Shown: positions 36,101 through 45,663, counted from the first letter of the stretch. The stretch: DNA of 59,375 nt from an uncultured Burkholderiaceae bacterium (GCA_964551485.1 CAZKDU010000001.1:1-59375), one strand, 5' to 3'. The notes: a model not told the origin generated them from the sequence alone. Made by a program: numbers and translations.

Positions 36101-38773
36101 CGTGAGGGTGGCCGCCATGGCCGCGTTGGATGCCGTGGCGCCACCCAGCACGTTGGCAATGGCACCCGTCACCCCGGCAAAGCCGGACTGGATGCCACCC
36201 ATGAGGCTGGAGCCCAGGTTGGCCAGGTTGCCGGCTGAGCCCAGCGTGCCCAGCAGGCCGCCGCCACCGGCTGCAGTGGTGCTGTCCAGGCCGAACAGGC
36301 TGGCGGCCAGCTTCACCACAAACGGCTTGGCCAGGAACTTGTAAATCTGGTCCGCCACCTCGGTCTTGAAGGCGTTTTTCAGGCTCGTGGTGAAGGCCGA
36401 CCACTTGTCCTTGCCGCCCTCCAGCAGGCGCGTGAATCCGGCCTTGAAGTTGCTCTCCATGCCGTCAACAAACGCGCGGGCTTTGTCCAGCGCGGGCCGG
36501 CTGGCCTGGTTGCGGTACCAGACCTCGTACTCGGCGGCCAGCTTCTTCTGCGCATCGGTCCCCTCGCCGGCCAGGGCGATTCGGTCGCGCCAGGCCTGGG
36601 CGTCGATCTCCACCAGCGCCCGTGCGCGGGCCTCGCCGTCCAGGATGGACTCGGCCGCAAAGCGCTTGTTGTCCAGGCGCAGCTGCTCGGCACCAGCCAG
36701 CGCCTGGCGCTCGGCGGCAATGGCGGTCACGTTCAAGGCTCGGGCCTCAGCGGTGGCGCGCAGCTGCGCGGCCTCTTTGTCGCCCAGTGGCTGGTTCGCC
36801 CGCTTGGCGTCGGCAATGGTTTTTTCGGCGTCGGCCAGCAGCTTCATGCCGGCCAGGGCCACGGTGCGGGCCTCGGCCGACTGGCCAAAGAATTGCAGCT
36901 CTTGGTCCAGCGCCCGCTGCGAGGCGTCGCTCTCCAGGGCCCAGTCGGCAGCCTTGTCGCGCAGGCGCTTGGCCTGGGCTGCGTCCACCTCTTGCAGGTC
37001 ACGCGAGCGCTTTTCGTCGCGCAGCGTCAGCTCCAGTCCCTTCTGGGCCAGCTCGCCCTTGAGTGCGGCCACCTCTTTCAGGCTGTCCTTTTTCTTGGAC
37101 GCAATTGCAATCTCTTGCTGCAGCGCCGCCATGCTGGCCTGGATCTGGCCACGCTCGGCATCGGCCACGCGGTTGATCTGCTCGACCTGGTCGATGGCCT
37201 GCTGCTTGTACAGGCTGTTGACGGTGTCGATGGCGTCCTTGGTCAGCTTCTCGCGCTGGCTCAGGCCCTGCTTGATGGCCTCGATCTGCGCGTTGCTCGC
37301 GTCGCCGTTGAAGTAGCGCATGCGCGCGGCCTGCACCTCTTTCTCGATGGCGGCCGCATCCATGCCAGCGCGCCCGCCCGTCTGGCGAATGGTGGCAATT
37401 TCACGCTGCAGTTTTTCTTGCTGGCTCAGGTTGGCCGTGACCAGCCTGCTCCACTCGGCACTGGCCTTCGTCTCTTCGGCAGCCTTGGCAGCCGCCTCCG
37501 CAGAGCGCTTCTCCATGCGGTCTGTTTCACCCAAGTAGGCAAGACCCTGTTTGAGTGCATCGACCTTGCTCTGGGCTGCATTGCCCAGCACTGAGCCTTT
37601 GAACATTTCTGCCATGCGCTCGTACATGGCGATGTTGCTTTCAAGGGCACTGCGCTGCTGCGTCAAGGTGTCTTCACGTCCAATGCTGGCCAGCGCATCC
37701 CACGCGCCAGTGATCGCGCCCTTCACGCCGTTCCAGGCCCGCTCCAGCAGGCCCACATTGGCCTCCATCTGCGGGATGCGCGTGGCCAGGGCGTTGGCAA
37801 AGGCCTCTTGCGCCAGGGCGGCGGCCTCGGTCTGGCGGCCCTCGTCTTCCAGCGCCTTGATGCGGCGGTACACGGCCGGCTGCAAGTGGTTGTAGGCCTG
37901 GTTGAGCTTCTCGCTGGCAGCAGTGGGCTTTTCGGCCAGCTGGGCAAAGGCCTCGGCGGTCTTGCCCACGGCCGGGCCGCCCACCTTCTCCAGCTGCACG
38001 GCCAGGGCGGTCATGCGGCCCAGGGCATCGCCGCCCACGTCGGCCCGCGTGGCGATCTGCGCCAGGGCTTCCATGGCCGCGCCCTTGCTCACCTTGGCCA
38101 GGCCAGCCACCGAGCTGCTCAGGCTGTCGTACTGGGCCATGGTCTTGCCGGCCGCATTGCCCGACAAGATGATCGCGTTGTTGAATTCCTTGCTCTGCTG
38201 CTGGCCCGCCAGGAAGCCGGCGGCCACCAGTCCCACCACCCCCAGCACCACGGTCAGCGGAGAGATCAGGCCCACCAGGTAGCCGCCAATGGCACGGGCC
38301 GCGTTGCCGACCCCGCCAAACATGTCCTTGAGCTGCCCGCCTTGCTGCAGCAGAACGGTGAGCGGGTTTTGCCCAGACCCCAGGCTCGTGAAAATGTCGG
38401 TCATCTGCGCCGGCAGACCACGCAGGGCCGCGGCCGTCTGCTTGGCCGAGAGGCCCACCCTTTGCACGCCCGTGTCCATGGCCTTGGTGGCGGTGGCCAC
38501 CTGGGCACCCGCGTTGGTGGCGCTGGCACCCACCTCGGAAAAGACCATGGTGGCCTTGGTACCCGCAGCCGTCAGCTGGGTGCCCAGGGCGTTGGCCCGG
38601 TTGCCCACCTGGTCGAGCGCGTCGCTGGCACGGCCGTAGTTGCGGGCCATGTCTTCGCTGGCCTTGCGGGCGGCGCCGGCCAGGCGGTCCATGCCGGCCG
38701 TGGTGGCCGCAAAGCCGCTGGCGGTGGCGCTGCTGTCCAGCTCCACTTTGATCGCAATCTTGTACTGGGTCAT
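33182..38773 (-). CDS. tail tape measure protein (1863 aa)
   Basis: Long Ala/Gln/Leu-rich helical protein. The N-terminal region with hydrophobic [28 protein letters not shown] is typical of tape measure proteins. Sits directly downstream of the frameshifting chaperone pair. Confidence 0.92.
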   Translation of the reverse strand: MTQYKIAIKVELDSSATASGFAATTAGMDRLAGAARKASEDMARNYGRASDALDQVGNRANALGTQLTAAGTKATMVFSEVGASATNAGAQVATATKAMDTGVQRVGLSAKQTAAALRGLPAQMTDIFTSLGSGQNPLTVLLQQGGQLKDMFGGVGNAARAIGGYLVGLISPLTVVLGVVGLVAAGFLAGQQQSKEFNNAIILSGNAAGKTMAQYDSLSSSVAGLAKVSKGAAMEALAQIATRADVGGDALGRMTALAVQLEKVGGPAVGKTAEAFAQLAEKPTAASEKLNQAYNHLQPAVYRRIKALEDEGRQTEAAALAQEAFANALATRIPQMEANVGLLERAWNGVKGAITGAWDALASIGREDTLTQQRSALESNIAMYERMAEMFKGSVLGNAAQSKVDALKQGLAYLGETDRMEKRSAEAAAKAAEETKASAEWSRLVTANLSQQEKLQREIATIRQTGGRAGMDAAAIEKEVQAARMRYFNGDASNAQIEAIKQGLSQREKLTKDAIDTVNSLYKQQAIDQVEQINRVADAERGQIQASMAALQQEIAIASKKKDSLKEVAALKGELAQKGLELTLRDEKRSRDLQEVDAAQAKRLRDKAADWALESDASQRALDQELQFFGQSAEARTVALAGMKLLADAEKTIADAKRANQPLGDKEAAQLRATAEARALNVTAIAAERQALAGAEQLRLDNKRFAAESILDGEARARALVEIDAQAWRDRIALAGEGTDAQKKLAAEYEVWYRNQASRPALDKARAFVDGMESNFKAGFTRLLEGGKDKWSAFTTSLKNAFKTEVADQIYKFLAKPFVVKLAASLFGLDSTTAAGGGGLLGTLGSAGNLANLGSSLMGGIQSGFAGVTGAIANVLGGATASNAAMAATLTGDIASAQAAAVAAAEAAAAASAAATSAASLGSTVATAAPWVAGALVAYQVADKLFGSKGGPKTESGYGPGVDLRGDPASAKAISEQIQGAYSQLAKTLGLAVKDLEVGVASAIDTAGDSLTQLQVVAVQGGQEIYNRYARLGGTPGAQENVGRSAEAYAAAVAEETARVMAAALQKTDLPQKFKDYLEQATDITSAVQTITTVAQLDKAFASLGGNLAQLAGVSVDAQVKFVQMFGGVENLSQGLSAFFDGFLSEAERTQAKAASVQRALVEMSNSGAFTDTLTQLQALADAPTEENFKRLVQAQDLTTESGRRTYAQLIGLAGAFKDASSGMASYRAAVDQLKAERSTLFVDYLRSLGDELGAVAEETRLATQGFDAVQLGLYSMNEELRRTIAINGQRSQLSSSLASAANVKGYGRDRELAALVDPSSRALQQWIYRIEDAQDAISAAADVNRDAADAARDMQSALQQQRDTAKTTVSELEQQVNQLRQASKGASNLLNDIAVSLGATDGRAAGLRATLASGADIDERLSAARELYDIIKQGDQASLAAQQKQLEAAKGLVAYGRQLQDYVAGLKTSDLSPLKPEQQLAEARDAFQALVQQAQAGDADARSKLQGASDTYLKLAQAFDPEGYATTVFANVSSTLDQLGAAAQTSGQAQVDLLSDLVDASGSNNKLSADQVAQLADLQRTVERLYGEAASGAATSGAQLAVANASLASIESQLAASESAVQALEQATKESVKAAENRLAQVQTEAAQYLASVQLQVLATDPVPGLLAGLPGGIANALAPLINGTANVGSSAGGFDAGRAQTIRAYAATLSNDEAGAMAMYRAAVNNGVSSAELEAALNLPAGGANEWAKARGLPAFALGGIAGPGDALVGENGPEVVRFLQPAEVYRTGTGPSAPVDLQPLLAEMASLRAEVRRLREQNNRGHEVNAVATQATGQAMAQALERGAAKGTRAGLAAAVGVPT

Positions 38774-38820
38774 GGCGGTGCGGCAGCGGGTGGTTCAGTG
38801 GCGCTCAGTCAGAGGGTCGG

Positions 38821-39554
38821 TCAGGGTGTGCGCTCTTTGTGTTTCTGTTCATCGCGGCGCTGGCGGGCACCGGATCGAAACCCCATTTCCATGGCCAGCA
38901 TGGCGTCCCAGGCGGCTTCAAACCGGCGCCCGCGCAGGTGGCGGCGGCGCAGGAAGGTCTCCAGGCCGGGGTAGTCCCACGCCGGCAGATCGCCCGCGTC
39001 ACGGCGCCACAGCGAACAGGCGTCCAGAAACAGCTGGTAGTGCTCGCAGTTCTCGGGTGCCAGGTGGAAGATGTCGGCATGCGCGGCCTCGTCCGGCTCT
39101 GACGACTGCACGCGGTCGGCATCAATGCCCAGGGGGTCCGGTGCATGTTCGTCAGGCTCGGGCTCGGCCGGGGCACTGCTCGTGATCAGCCCGAGGGCCT
39201 CAAAACGCGCGAGGGCCCTCAGGTTTTTTTTGGGACCACCGCGTCGATATAGGCGCCGTACAGCTTGAGCGGCACGCCGGTGGCACTGAGCATGGCCGCG
39301 AAGGAGTCCGGGTTGAACTCGGCGGGCTCGCCCTGCTCGTCGGTGATGAAGCGCTGATCTGCCCAGCCAGTGGTGACCTCCTTGAGGAAGTCGCTGCACT
39401 TTTCTTCGCTGGAGCCCTGGAAGCTGTCAATGCGCTCCTGAGGCACCCGGTTGCAAAGCAGCTTGAACTTGAACTGGCGAGTGCCATCGGGCGTGTCGAA
39501 GCTCAGCTTGACGGGCACGTGGACGGTGTTGGAAATGGCAATGCGGTAGCTCAT
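38821..39554 (-). CDS. tail assembly chaperone -1 frameshift fusion product (gpGT analogue)
   Basis: The -1 frame is open from the A8 run to 38821 (...GGPKKNLRALARFEALGLITSS...). Codon-start coordinates are congruent to 2 mod 3 in the zero frame and 0 mod 3 in the extension, consistent with a -1 slip on the minus strand. Confidence 0.65.
39219..39554 (-). CDS. tail assembly chaperone (lambda gpG analogue), zero-frame product
   Basis: ATG at 39554 (MSYRIAISNTVHVPVKLSFDTPDGTRQFKFKLL...). Ends ...AVVPKKT* across an A8 run. Located immediately 5' of the tape measure. Confidence 0.75.
   Translation of the reverse strand: MSYRIAISNTVHVPVKLSFDTPDGTRQFKFKLLCNRVPQERIDSFQGSSEEKCSDFLKEVTTGWADQRFITDEQGEPAEFNPDSFAAMLSATGVPLKLYGAYIDAVVPKKT
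39224..39232 (-). promoter_or_regulatory. programmed -1 ribosomal frameshift slippery site
   Basis: Minus strand reads CCC-AAAAAAAA-CCT. The heptamer A_AAA_AAA sits in the zero frame (CCA AAA AAA ACC TGA). Confidence 0.65.
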
Positions 39555-39663
39555 GGGCAGTCTGCGCACCGCATGTCATGGCTCAGCTCTTGGCAGGCCA
39601 CGTCCTTGCTGGGGCATACGCTCACCACGCCGAGCTTGATGTGGCATGCGGTTGGCTGGACCG

Positions 39664-40185
39664 TCATGCTCGGGACTCCATGTCCACCTCGAACGGGGTG
39701 ATGGTGAAGTCTTCCACGCCGGTGACGATGGTCACGCCTGGAATGGCGCGGGCGGCGTCGGGCTCGTTGAGCATGGCGTCTTTGTTGACCTCGTCCTTGC
39801 TGCGGATGAAGCGCGCCAGCCCGCTGCTGCGCAGGCACTCCAGCACGGCGTCAGCGCCACGGATGCTGATGCTCGGCGGGCGCTGGCGCCAGGCCACCTC
39901 GCCGGTGATGAGGTTGGCCGACTTGCCCTTGCCGCACAGCTCGGTGCGGTTGGCCTCGCACCAGGCCTGGATGCCTTCCTCCAGCAGCGCGATGCGTGCG
40001 CCCAGCTCTTCCATCCGGGGGGCTGCGGCCTTGGTGAGCTTGGCAATGGCGTCGTCCAGGTCGGCCTTGACGCGCAGGGCCTGGCGCTTGAGGTCGCCCA
40101 GCTTCTTGATGTCGGCCTGCGCGTCGGCGCGGCTTTGAGAGACGTAGGCCAGGGCCTTGCTCTTGGATTTTTTGGTGGTGGCCAT
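39664..40185 (-). CDS. gam: host-nuclease inhibitor Gam (Mu Gam family)
   Basis: MATTKKSKSKALAYVSQSRADAQADIKKLGDLKRQALRVKADLDDAIAKLTKAAAPRMEELGARIALLEEGIQAWCEANR...GEVAWRQRPPSISIRG matches the Mu Gam signature. Confidence 0.88.
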   Translation of the reverse strand: MATTKKSKSKALAYVSQSRADAQADIKKLGDLKRQALRVKADLDDAIAKLTKAAAPRMEELGARIALLEEGIQAWCEANRTELCGKGKSANLITGEVAWRQRPPSISIRGADAVLECLRSSGLARFIRSKDEVNKDAMLNEPDAARAIPGVTIVTGVEDFTITPFEVDMESRA

Positions 40186-40194
40186 GGTGGACTC

Positions 40195-40473
40195 CTAGTG
40201 CAGGTGGGCGCCCGGGTTGGGCGGGTTGTTGTTGTCTTGGGCCAGCTGGTGCAGCGTGATCGCGGTGTCTGCGGCCATGGCTGCAGCCATACCTGCGCAA
40301 CAGCCATGGACTCGGGCCACCGCTTGGAACGCGGTCATGAGCGACATGAGCATCTGGCGGTGGTTGCCAGTGGCGCGTGCGGCCAGGTCGATCAGGGCAT
40401 GTGCGGTTTTTTCCACCACGGCGGATTCGGCCGATGCCTCGGGGAGAGGGAGGGTGCCAGCCATGCTCAGCAC
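40195..40473 (-). CDS. hypothetical early protein (92 aa)
   Basis: ORF track. Overlaps the upstream gene end by 7 nt. Confidence 0.45.
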   Translation of the reverse strand: MLSMAGTLPLPEASAESAVVEKTAHALIDLAARATGNHRQMLMSLMTAFQAVARVHGCCAGMAAAMAADTAITLHQLAQDNNNPPNPGAHLH

Positions 40474-40904
40474 CTCACGCCCACGCTGCGCGCGGCCAGG
40501 TGGTCCATGGCGCCGGGGCGCATGACGGGGCTGGGCCCTGGGCGCCAGGGAGGGGCGCGCATGACGTCGTATTGCGCGGGCGGCACCACCTGGCCCAGGT
40601 GAGGCTTGCTGGCCGGGTGCAGGGCCATCGCCCGTTTGGTGCTGGGTGGCGCCACCGCGTGGTCTGGCCCCGACCAGGCGCGCTGATGGGTCTCACCGCT
40701 GACAGTGATGCGCCCCACGTCCACCAGGTAGCTGAGCCGGGCGCGCAGGCGCTTGATGCCGGTGGTCGTGAGCGGCTTGGCGCAAAACAGGTCGGCCAGG
40801 GCGGCGAACTTCACGGGCTCGTGGGCGGTGATGTGATCCACCAGCTCTTGGTTGCGGTTGTGCTCCAGCGGTGTGTTGTAGGTGTCTTGATGCATGGCTT
40901 TCAC
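40467..40904 (-). CDS. hypothetical early protein (145 aa)
   Basis: ORF track. 4-nt overlap with the upstream gene. Confidence 0.5.
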   Translation of the reverse strand: MKAMHQDTYNTPLEHNRNQELVDHITAHEPVKFAALADLFCAKPLTTTGIKRLRARLSYLVDVGRITVSGETHQRAWSGPDHAVAPPSTKRAMALHPASKPHLGQVVPPAQYDVMRAPPWRPGPSPVMRPGAMDHLAARSVGVRC

Positions 40905-41539
40905 TCCTTGGTGGTGGGTGGGCGGCGCAGGCTGGCCAGCTGCTCACGCACGGCAGCGGGCATGGGGGCGGCGTTTTTCTGGTGGCGCTCGATCTGCACC
41001 AGGGCCGGGTCGCGCCCGCCATGCACCTGCTGCAGCGCGTCGCCGATGGACAGGGTCTGGCCGTTCACCTGCACGGTGTGCTGGGTGGTGCGGCGCTGGG
41101 CGCGCTCGGTCTCGCGCTCGGCCTCCTGGCGGGCCTCGTGCTTGTTGGCCATGCCGGCCATGACCTTGTAGAGGTAGGCGTGGCTGGCCATGGGCAGCTC
41201 CAGGCGGCCCTGGTCGCGCAGGAACAGCATGTGGTCGATGGCGGCGGCCCACACGTCCAGCGGGGCGGGCCAGTCACGCCCGGCGTGGGTGATGGCTCGG
41301 CGCTCCAGGTCGGGCAGCAGCGCCAGGATGTGCTTGGCCTGCTTGGCAATGGTCAGGCGGGTGCGCGGCGGGGCAAACAGGCCCACGTAGCTGGTGACAC
41401 GGGCCCCCAGGGGCACCGACACCTCGGCCAGGCGAACAAAGGCGCGCTGAGACTCTTCGGTGCCGAAGATGTCTGCCGGGGTGACCTCTGCGCCACAGCG
41501 CGGGCACCCCAGGGTGGTGGGTGAGGCGCTGCCGGTCAT
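40901..41539 (-). CDS. hypothetical early protein with an N-terminal CxxC motif (212 aa)
   Basis: Trimmed to the ATG at 41539 (MTGSASPTTLGCPRCGAEV...), which overlaps the upstream stop (ATGA). Confidence 0.55.
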   Translation of the reverse strand: MTGSASPTTLGCPRCGAEVTPADIFGTEESQRAFVRLAEVSVPLGARVTSYVGLFAPPRTRLTIAKQAKHILALLPDLERRAITHAGRDWPAPLDVWAAAIDHMLFLRDQGRLELPMASHAYLYKVMAGMANKHEARQEAERETERAQRRTTQHTVQVNGQTLSIGDALQQVHGGRDPALVQIERHQKNAAPMPAAVREQLASLRRPPTTKE

Positions 41540-41745
41540 GCCCACCCCCGGGCGAGCAGCAGCTTGACCACCAGCGCCATGGCAGTCACCGCACTGAGCA
41601 CGGCCACGGGCCAGAGCACCCACAGGGCCAGGGCCACGGCGCGGGCGGGTGTAAGCCATCGGCGGCGGCGCCGGCCAGCGCCCTGGATGACGCCAGGGGC
41701 CAGGTAGTAGCTTTCTGCGCGGCGGGCGCGGTGCAGCTTCAGCAT
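41536..41745 (-). CDS. small membrane protein (69 aa)
   Basis: ATG at 41745. Arg-rich stretch, then a hydrophobic helix pair AVALALWVLWPVAVLSAVTAMALVVKLLL. Confidence 0.4.
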   Translation of the reverse strand: MLKLHRARRAESYYLAPGVIQGAGRRRRRWLTPARAVALALWVLWPVAVLSAVTAMALVVKLLLARGWA

Positions 41746-41894
41746 GGGCGCACCTCCCGGCGGGCGCTGATGCGGCGCGCGTCGTGAAACGCGGCCAGCA
41801 TGGCGTCGATGGCGTCCCATTCGGTGCCAAACAGGCCCCGGCAGCGTCCGGCAGAGCCGTCGTGCATGACGATGGTGATGACGTAGGCGTGCAT
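41739..41894 (-). CDS. small hypothetical protein (51 aa)
   Basis: ATG at 41894 (MHAYVITIVMHDGSAGRCRGLFGTEWDAIDAMLAAFHDARR...), 15 nt after the MuB-like stop. Confidence 0.4.
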   Translation of the reverse strand: MHAYVITIVMHDGSAGRCRGLFGTEWDAIDAMLAAFHDARRISARREVRPC

Positions 41895-41908
41895 GTTGTG
41901 CCCCCTGC

Positions 41909-42814
41909 TCAGCACTTGGCCACCACGGCGGCGTCCACCACCGGGTAGGCGGCCGCGGCGGCGGCGTTCATGGCGCGGGCCAGCAGGTTGTTCACGGCCA
42001 GCGGGTAGCACTGGCTGCGCACGTCGCTGGGCTTGCCGCCGCGCGGCAGGTACACCAGGCGCGCGCGGATGGCGTCGGCCGCGTCGGGGGCGAGCACGTC
42101 GTCCAGCTTGAGGTTGAAGCGGGCAAACTTGTGCTGGATGTAGGCCTCCAGGTCGGCGTCCAGCGGCTGCAGCTCGACCACCTCGCAGCGCTGGGCCACC
42201 TCACGCACCTCGGCGTTTTGGCTGTGCAGGCGCTCGCGCAGCTCGGGCTGGCCCACCAGGGCCACACCGATCAGCCGGCGCAGGCCGTCTTTCAGCTCGG
42301 TGAAGCGCTTGAGGTGCTTGAGCGTGGCCAGCGGCAGGCAGTGGGCCTCTTCGATGAGCAGCAGGTGGTGGCGGCCGCTGCGGCTGCTGGCGCGCAGCAG
42401 CTCGTGCACCTGCCGAAACCGCGCCTCGGGGCTGGACTTGATCTTGAGGTTGGCGTCCAGCGCGGTGGCAATGGCCTCGGCCATGTGGTGGCTCTTGAGG
42501 GTTTTGCCCTTTTGGTCGCTGGCCTCCATGGCCAGCACGTAGGGGCGAATGACCACGATGTCTTCGCGCTCGGCGCGGATGCGCTCCTCCAGGTCTTCGG
42601 CCAGGGTGGACTTGCCGGCACCGCTCTCACCCACCACCGCCAGGAAGCCATGGTGGCGGGCGCAGTCGAGCAGCGAGGCGCGCACGTAGCGGATGCTGTG
42701 CGTCTGGAAGACGTCGTCGCAGGTGGCCACGTCGTCCACAAAGGGGTTGCGTGGCAGGTTGAAGTGCTGGCGCGCCTCCAGGGTGAGCGCGGCGTTTTGC
42801 AGTAGCATGGTCAT
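41909..42814 (-). CDS. MuB-like AAA+ ATPase (transposition target-DNA activator, ExeA/TniB-like)
   Basis: Walker A VVGESGAGKST and Walker B LLLIEEAH. Immediately downstream of the transposase. Start trimmed to the ATG at 42814 (MTMLLQNAAL...). Confidence 0.85.
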   Translation of the reverse strand: MTMLLQNAALTLEARQHFNLPRNPFVDDVATCDDVFQTHSIRYVRASLLDCARHHGFLAVVGESGAGKSTLAEDLEERIRAEREDIVVIRPYVLAMEASDQKGKTLKSHHMAEAIATALDANLKIKSSPEARFRQVHELLRASSRSGRHHLLLIEEAHCLPLATLKHLKRFTELKDGLRRLIGVALVGQPELRERLHSQNAEVREVAQRCEVVELQPLDADLEAYIQHKFARFNLKLDDVLAPDAADAIRARLVYLPRGGKPSDVRSQCYPLAVNNLLARAMNAAAAAAYPVVDAAVVAKC

Positions 42815-42910
42815 GTCCTCTTCTGTTGCTGGTTCAAGTTGCGGGGGTGGATCGGCCTCGGCAGGGTGCGAACCTGCCGGGGCCAACTTCTTTACAGGGG
42901 GCGGCCTGGC

Positions 42911-44695
42911 TCATGACGCGCCCCCACCGGCCACCACGCGCAGGCCGGCGCGCACGGTGAGGCGGTCTGCCAGAGCGGCCAGCTCGGCCTCGGGCACGCC
43001 CTGGGGGTACCAGGCGCGCAGCTGCTCGTTTTTGGCGCGGTCCATGCGGGTGCCCAGGCGGGCCAGCTCGCTGGCGGCCTCGAACAGGCTCAGCACGCGT
43101 GGTGGCAAGGCCGTGAGGCTGGTGGTGACGGCCGGCTGCAGCTCGGTGCCGCGGCGCGGCAGGAAGGTGCGCTCGGGCGCCTGCTCGATGACCTTGAAGG
43201 GGTCCAGCCGGCCACCAAACGGCAGGGCCTGGGCGCGCCGCGCAGCGGCCGCCTCTTCGTTGCTGGCCGCGCCGTAGGTGATGCGATCGACCTCGGCGCG
43301 GTGCTGATCGGCCAGGGTGCTGGGCGCGCGGGCGTAGTCTTCGCCGATGACGTTGGCGTCCACCCGGAAGCCCGAGTCATTGCGCTGCACGGCCGGCACG
43401 GTGTGCAGCAGCTCGTTGCCGTCGCTGTCGGTCAGCACGACCACGGCCGCGTCTGCCTGGTAGGGGTTGCTGGCAATGAGCAGCTTCTCGCCCACCATGA
43501 CGCCGGGCACGCTGCGCACGTCGTACTCGGTGCCGCCGTAGCTCACGCCGAGCGTGGGGCTGACTGTGCGGCGCTCGGGCACCTCGGACACCAGGGCGCG
43601 GCACACCTCGGGCGGCGGGGCCACGCGCAGCTGCTCGGCGCTGATGGTGAGCCACTGCTCATAGCGGGACTTGCCGTGGCGGCTGTGCACCCGCGCGGCG
43701 TTGAACCAGCGCACCCAGCGCTGGGCCTGGGCGTTGAGTTCGGCCAGGCTGGAGACGGGCCGAAAGCGCAGGCTGGACTCGAACCCGCGCTCGATGAGGT
43801 CGCGCGCTTTTTCTACCTGACCAGTGGCACGGGCGTTGCCCGGGGCGTGGGCAATGACCTTGACCTGCAGGCGCCGCGCCAGGTTGCTGAACACCCCGCT
43901 GGTGTTGGCCGAGCCCTGGTCCATCATGAGGATGCGGGGCACGCCGTGAAAGGGGTCGCCTTCGCGCTGGCAGATGGCGTGGATGAAGCTCTCGATGAGG
44001 TTGGCGCTGCTCTCTGCGCCCATGACGTAGTGCACGGCAATGGCGCCGGAGTTGTGGTCTGTGACCTCGTATGACCACACGCGGTCGGCCTCGACCCGCT
44101 TGAGCTGGGCGGGCTTGTTTTTGTAGAAGCGCTCGCGGTCCATCACCTGCAGGCCGGCCTGGGCAGGGTTGGTGGTGTGCAGGTAGTACAGCACGCAGAG
44201 CGAGGCGTCGATCTGCCACACGTGGTTGGGGTGCAGGCTCTGCAGCTCCACGGCCGGGGCCGGGCGGTTGAGCTGGTCGGGGTGCAGGCCGTAGGCGCGC
44301 AGGGCGCTGGCGATGGCGCTGTCGCTCAAGGGCACCAGCTCGCCGGTGGCGGGGTCTGTGCGCTCGGCACGCACTTCGCCGTTGGCGCGCAGCACCTCCA
44401 CCGCCTGGCCGATGCTGAGCAGGCGCTTAGTCGTTTTGCGGTGGCTGGCCATGAGGGCGGCGCTGATGATCAGGGCCTCTTGGCGGTCGAGGGCGAAGCT
44501 GCCGGCGTCTGAGCGCTGTTTGCGCTCGGGCCGCAGGGCCACCTGGCGCAGGTAGCGGTGCAGCGTGGCCGGGCTCTTGATCTGCAGCTCTTGCATGGCC
44601 TGCTGGTAGATGGCTTGCCGGCCGCCGTGCGGGGCCTCTGCCGCGGCCTGGGCCACCTGGCTCAGGCGGGCAATGAGCACGGGGTTGAGGGGCAT
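42911..44695 (-). CDS. Mu-type DDE transposase (MuA-like)
   Basis: N-terminal HTH (SPATLHRYLRQV), rve-type core (HPNHVWQIDASL...IHAICQREGDPFHGVPRILMMDQGSAN...) and a Mu-transposase-like C-terminal region. The GTG at 44755 is an alternative start. Confidence 0.88.
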   Translation of the reverse strand: MPLNPVLIARLSQVAQAAAEAPHGGRQAIYQQAMQELQIKSPATLHRYLRQVALRPERKQRSDAGSFALDRQEALIISAALMASHRKTTKRLLSIGQAVEVLRANGEVRAERTDPATGELVPLSDSAIASALRAYGLHPDQLNRPAPAVELQSLHPNHVWQIDASLCVLYYLHTTNPAQAGLQVMDRERFYKNKPAQLKRVEADRVWSYEVTDHNSGAIAVHYVMGAESSANLIESFIHAICQREGDPFHGVPRILMMDQGSANTSGVFSNLARRLQVKVIAHAPGNARATGQVEKARDLIERGFESSLRFRPVSSLAELNAQAQRWVRWFNAARVHSRHGKSRYEQWLTISAEQLRVAPPPEVCRALVSEVPERRTVSPTLGVSYGGTEYDVRSVPGVMVGEKLLIASNPYQADAAVVVLTDSDGNELLHTVPAVQRNDSGFRVDANVIGEDYARAPSTLADQHRAEVDRITYGAASNEEAAAARRAQALPFGGRLDPFKVIEQAPERTFLPRRGTELQPAVTTSLTALPPRVLSLFEAASELARLGTRMDRAKNEQLRAWYPQGVPEAELAALADRLTVRAGLRVVAGGGAS

Positions 44696-44733
44696 GTCTG
44701 CGTCTGCGGCGGCGGGGAGTGGGCGGCGCGGCT

Positions 44734-45642
44734 TCACTTGGCGGGGCCGAACCACTGGGCCGACTCGGCAAGGCTCTGCAGCTCGGCCGCGTTGCTGACG
44801 TCGGGCAGGCTGAACTCTTCGCGCAGGGCGGCCAGGTCGGCCACCAGCTGGCCCACCAGGCCGGCCATGAAGACCTGCATGTCTGCGCTGCCGCGCTCGG
44901 TGGTGGCGTTGTTGAGCGCAATGAGGGCCTGGCGCATGGTGCCGCGCAGCAGGCCGCTGGCGTCGTGCATGTGGCTGGTGGCCTCTTTTTGCAGGTCGGC
45001 CAGCACCTGGTCGGGCGGCGCGGCCTGGATGCGTTTTTGCGCGGCCTTGAGCTGGTCGATGCGCTTGTTTTTGTCGGCCAGCACTTGCTCGACGGCGGAT
45101 TTTTCTTGGCGGGATTCGCGCAGCGCGCTGCGCAACTCCTTGACAGACATGGTGGCCACGTCGTCCAGGCTCAGCTCACCCGTCTGGCCCGTCAGCACCA
45201 GCTCGTCAATTTCCTCGTTGTCCAGGACGAGCATTTCCAGCAGCTTGGTCTTGCCCAGCGCCTCCAAATGCGAATTCGAATTCGCATTTGAGAACCGGCG
45301 GGTCACCTGCATGTACTGCTGTGCAACGCGTGGCTCCAGGCCCAGACGCGCCAGGCGCTGGACAAAATTGCCGTGCTCACAGGTCTCCCGCAGCAGCAGC
45401 AGGTATCCGCCCAGCTCAAACAAGGCCATGCTGATGCGCCGGCAGGCCTCGCGCGCTCCGTTTTCCAGCGCATCTGGCAACAGCGACCCCTCGTAGCGCA
45501 GCTGTTGTGCCAGTGCGTTCAGGTGTGCTTGCTCTTGGGCGCCCAGGGTGGCCACGGTGTTGAAGTCGGCGCGGACCAGGGCTTCGTTGATGGGCGTGGC
45601 CTTGCTGGCAACGGGAGGGGTGGGTTTGCGTCCTGCGGTCAT
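44734..45642 (-). CDS. DUF3102-like phage/plasmid protein (302 aa)
   Basis: ...GGYLLLLRETCEHGNFVQRLARLGLEPRVAQQYMQV resembles the recalled DUF3102 core. Contains the 26-bp palindrome at 45265-45290. Confidence 0.6.
   Translation of the reverse strand: MTAGRKPTPPVASKATPINEALVRADFNTVATLGAQEQAHLNALAQQLRYEGSLLPDALENGAREACRRISMALFELGGYLLLLRETCEHGNFVQRLARLGLEPRVAQQYMQVTRRFSNANSNSHLEALGKTKLLEMLVLDNEEIDELVLTGQTGELSLDDVATMSVKELRSALRESRQEKSAVEQVLADKNKRIDQLKAAQKRIQAAPPDQVLADLQKEATSHMHDASGLLRGTMRQALIALNNATTERGSADMQVFMAGLVGQLVADLAALREEFSLPDVSNAAELQSLAESAQWFGPAK
45265..45290. repeat. perfect 26-bp palindrome carrying two tandem GAATTC sites
   Basis: CAAATGCGAATTC|GAATTCGCATTTG was checked base by base. 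It is AT-rich and embedded in a GC-rich coding region. Confidence 0.95.
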
Positions 45643-45663
45643 GGTGGTGTGGGTGGGGTTGGG

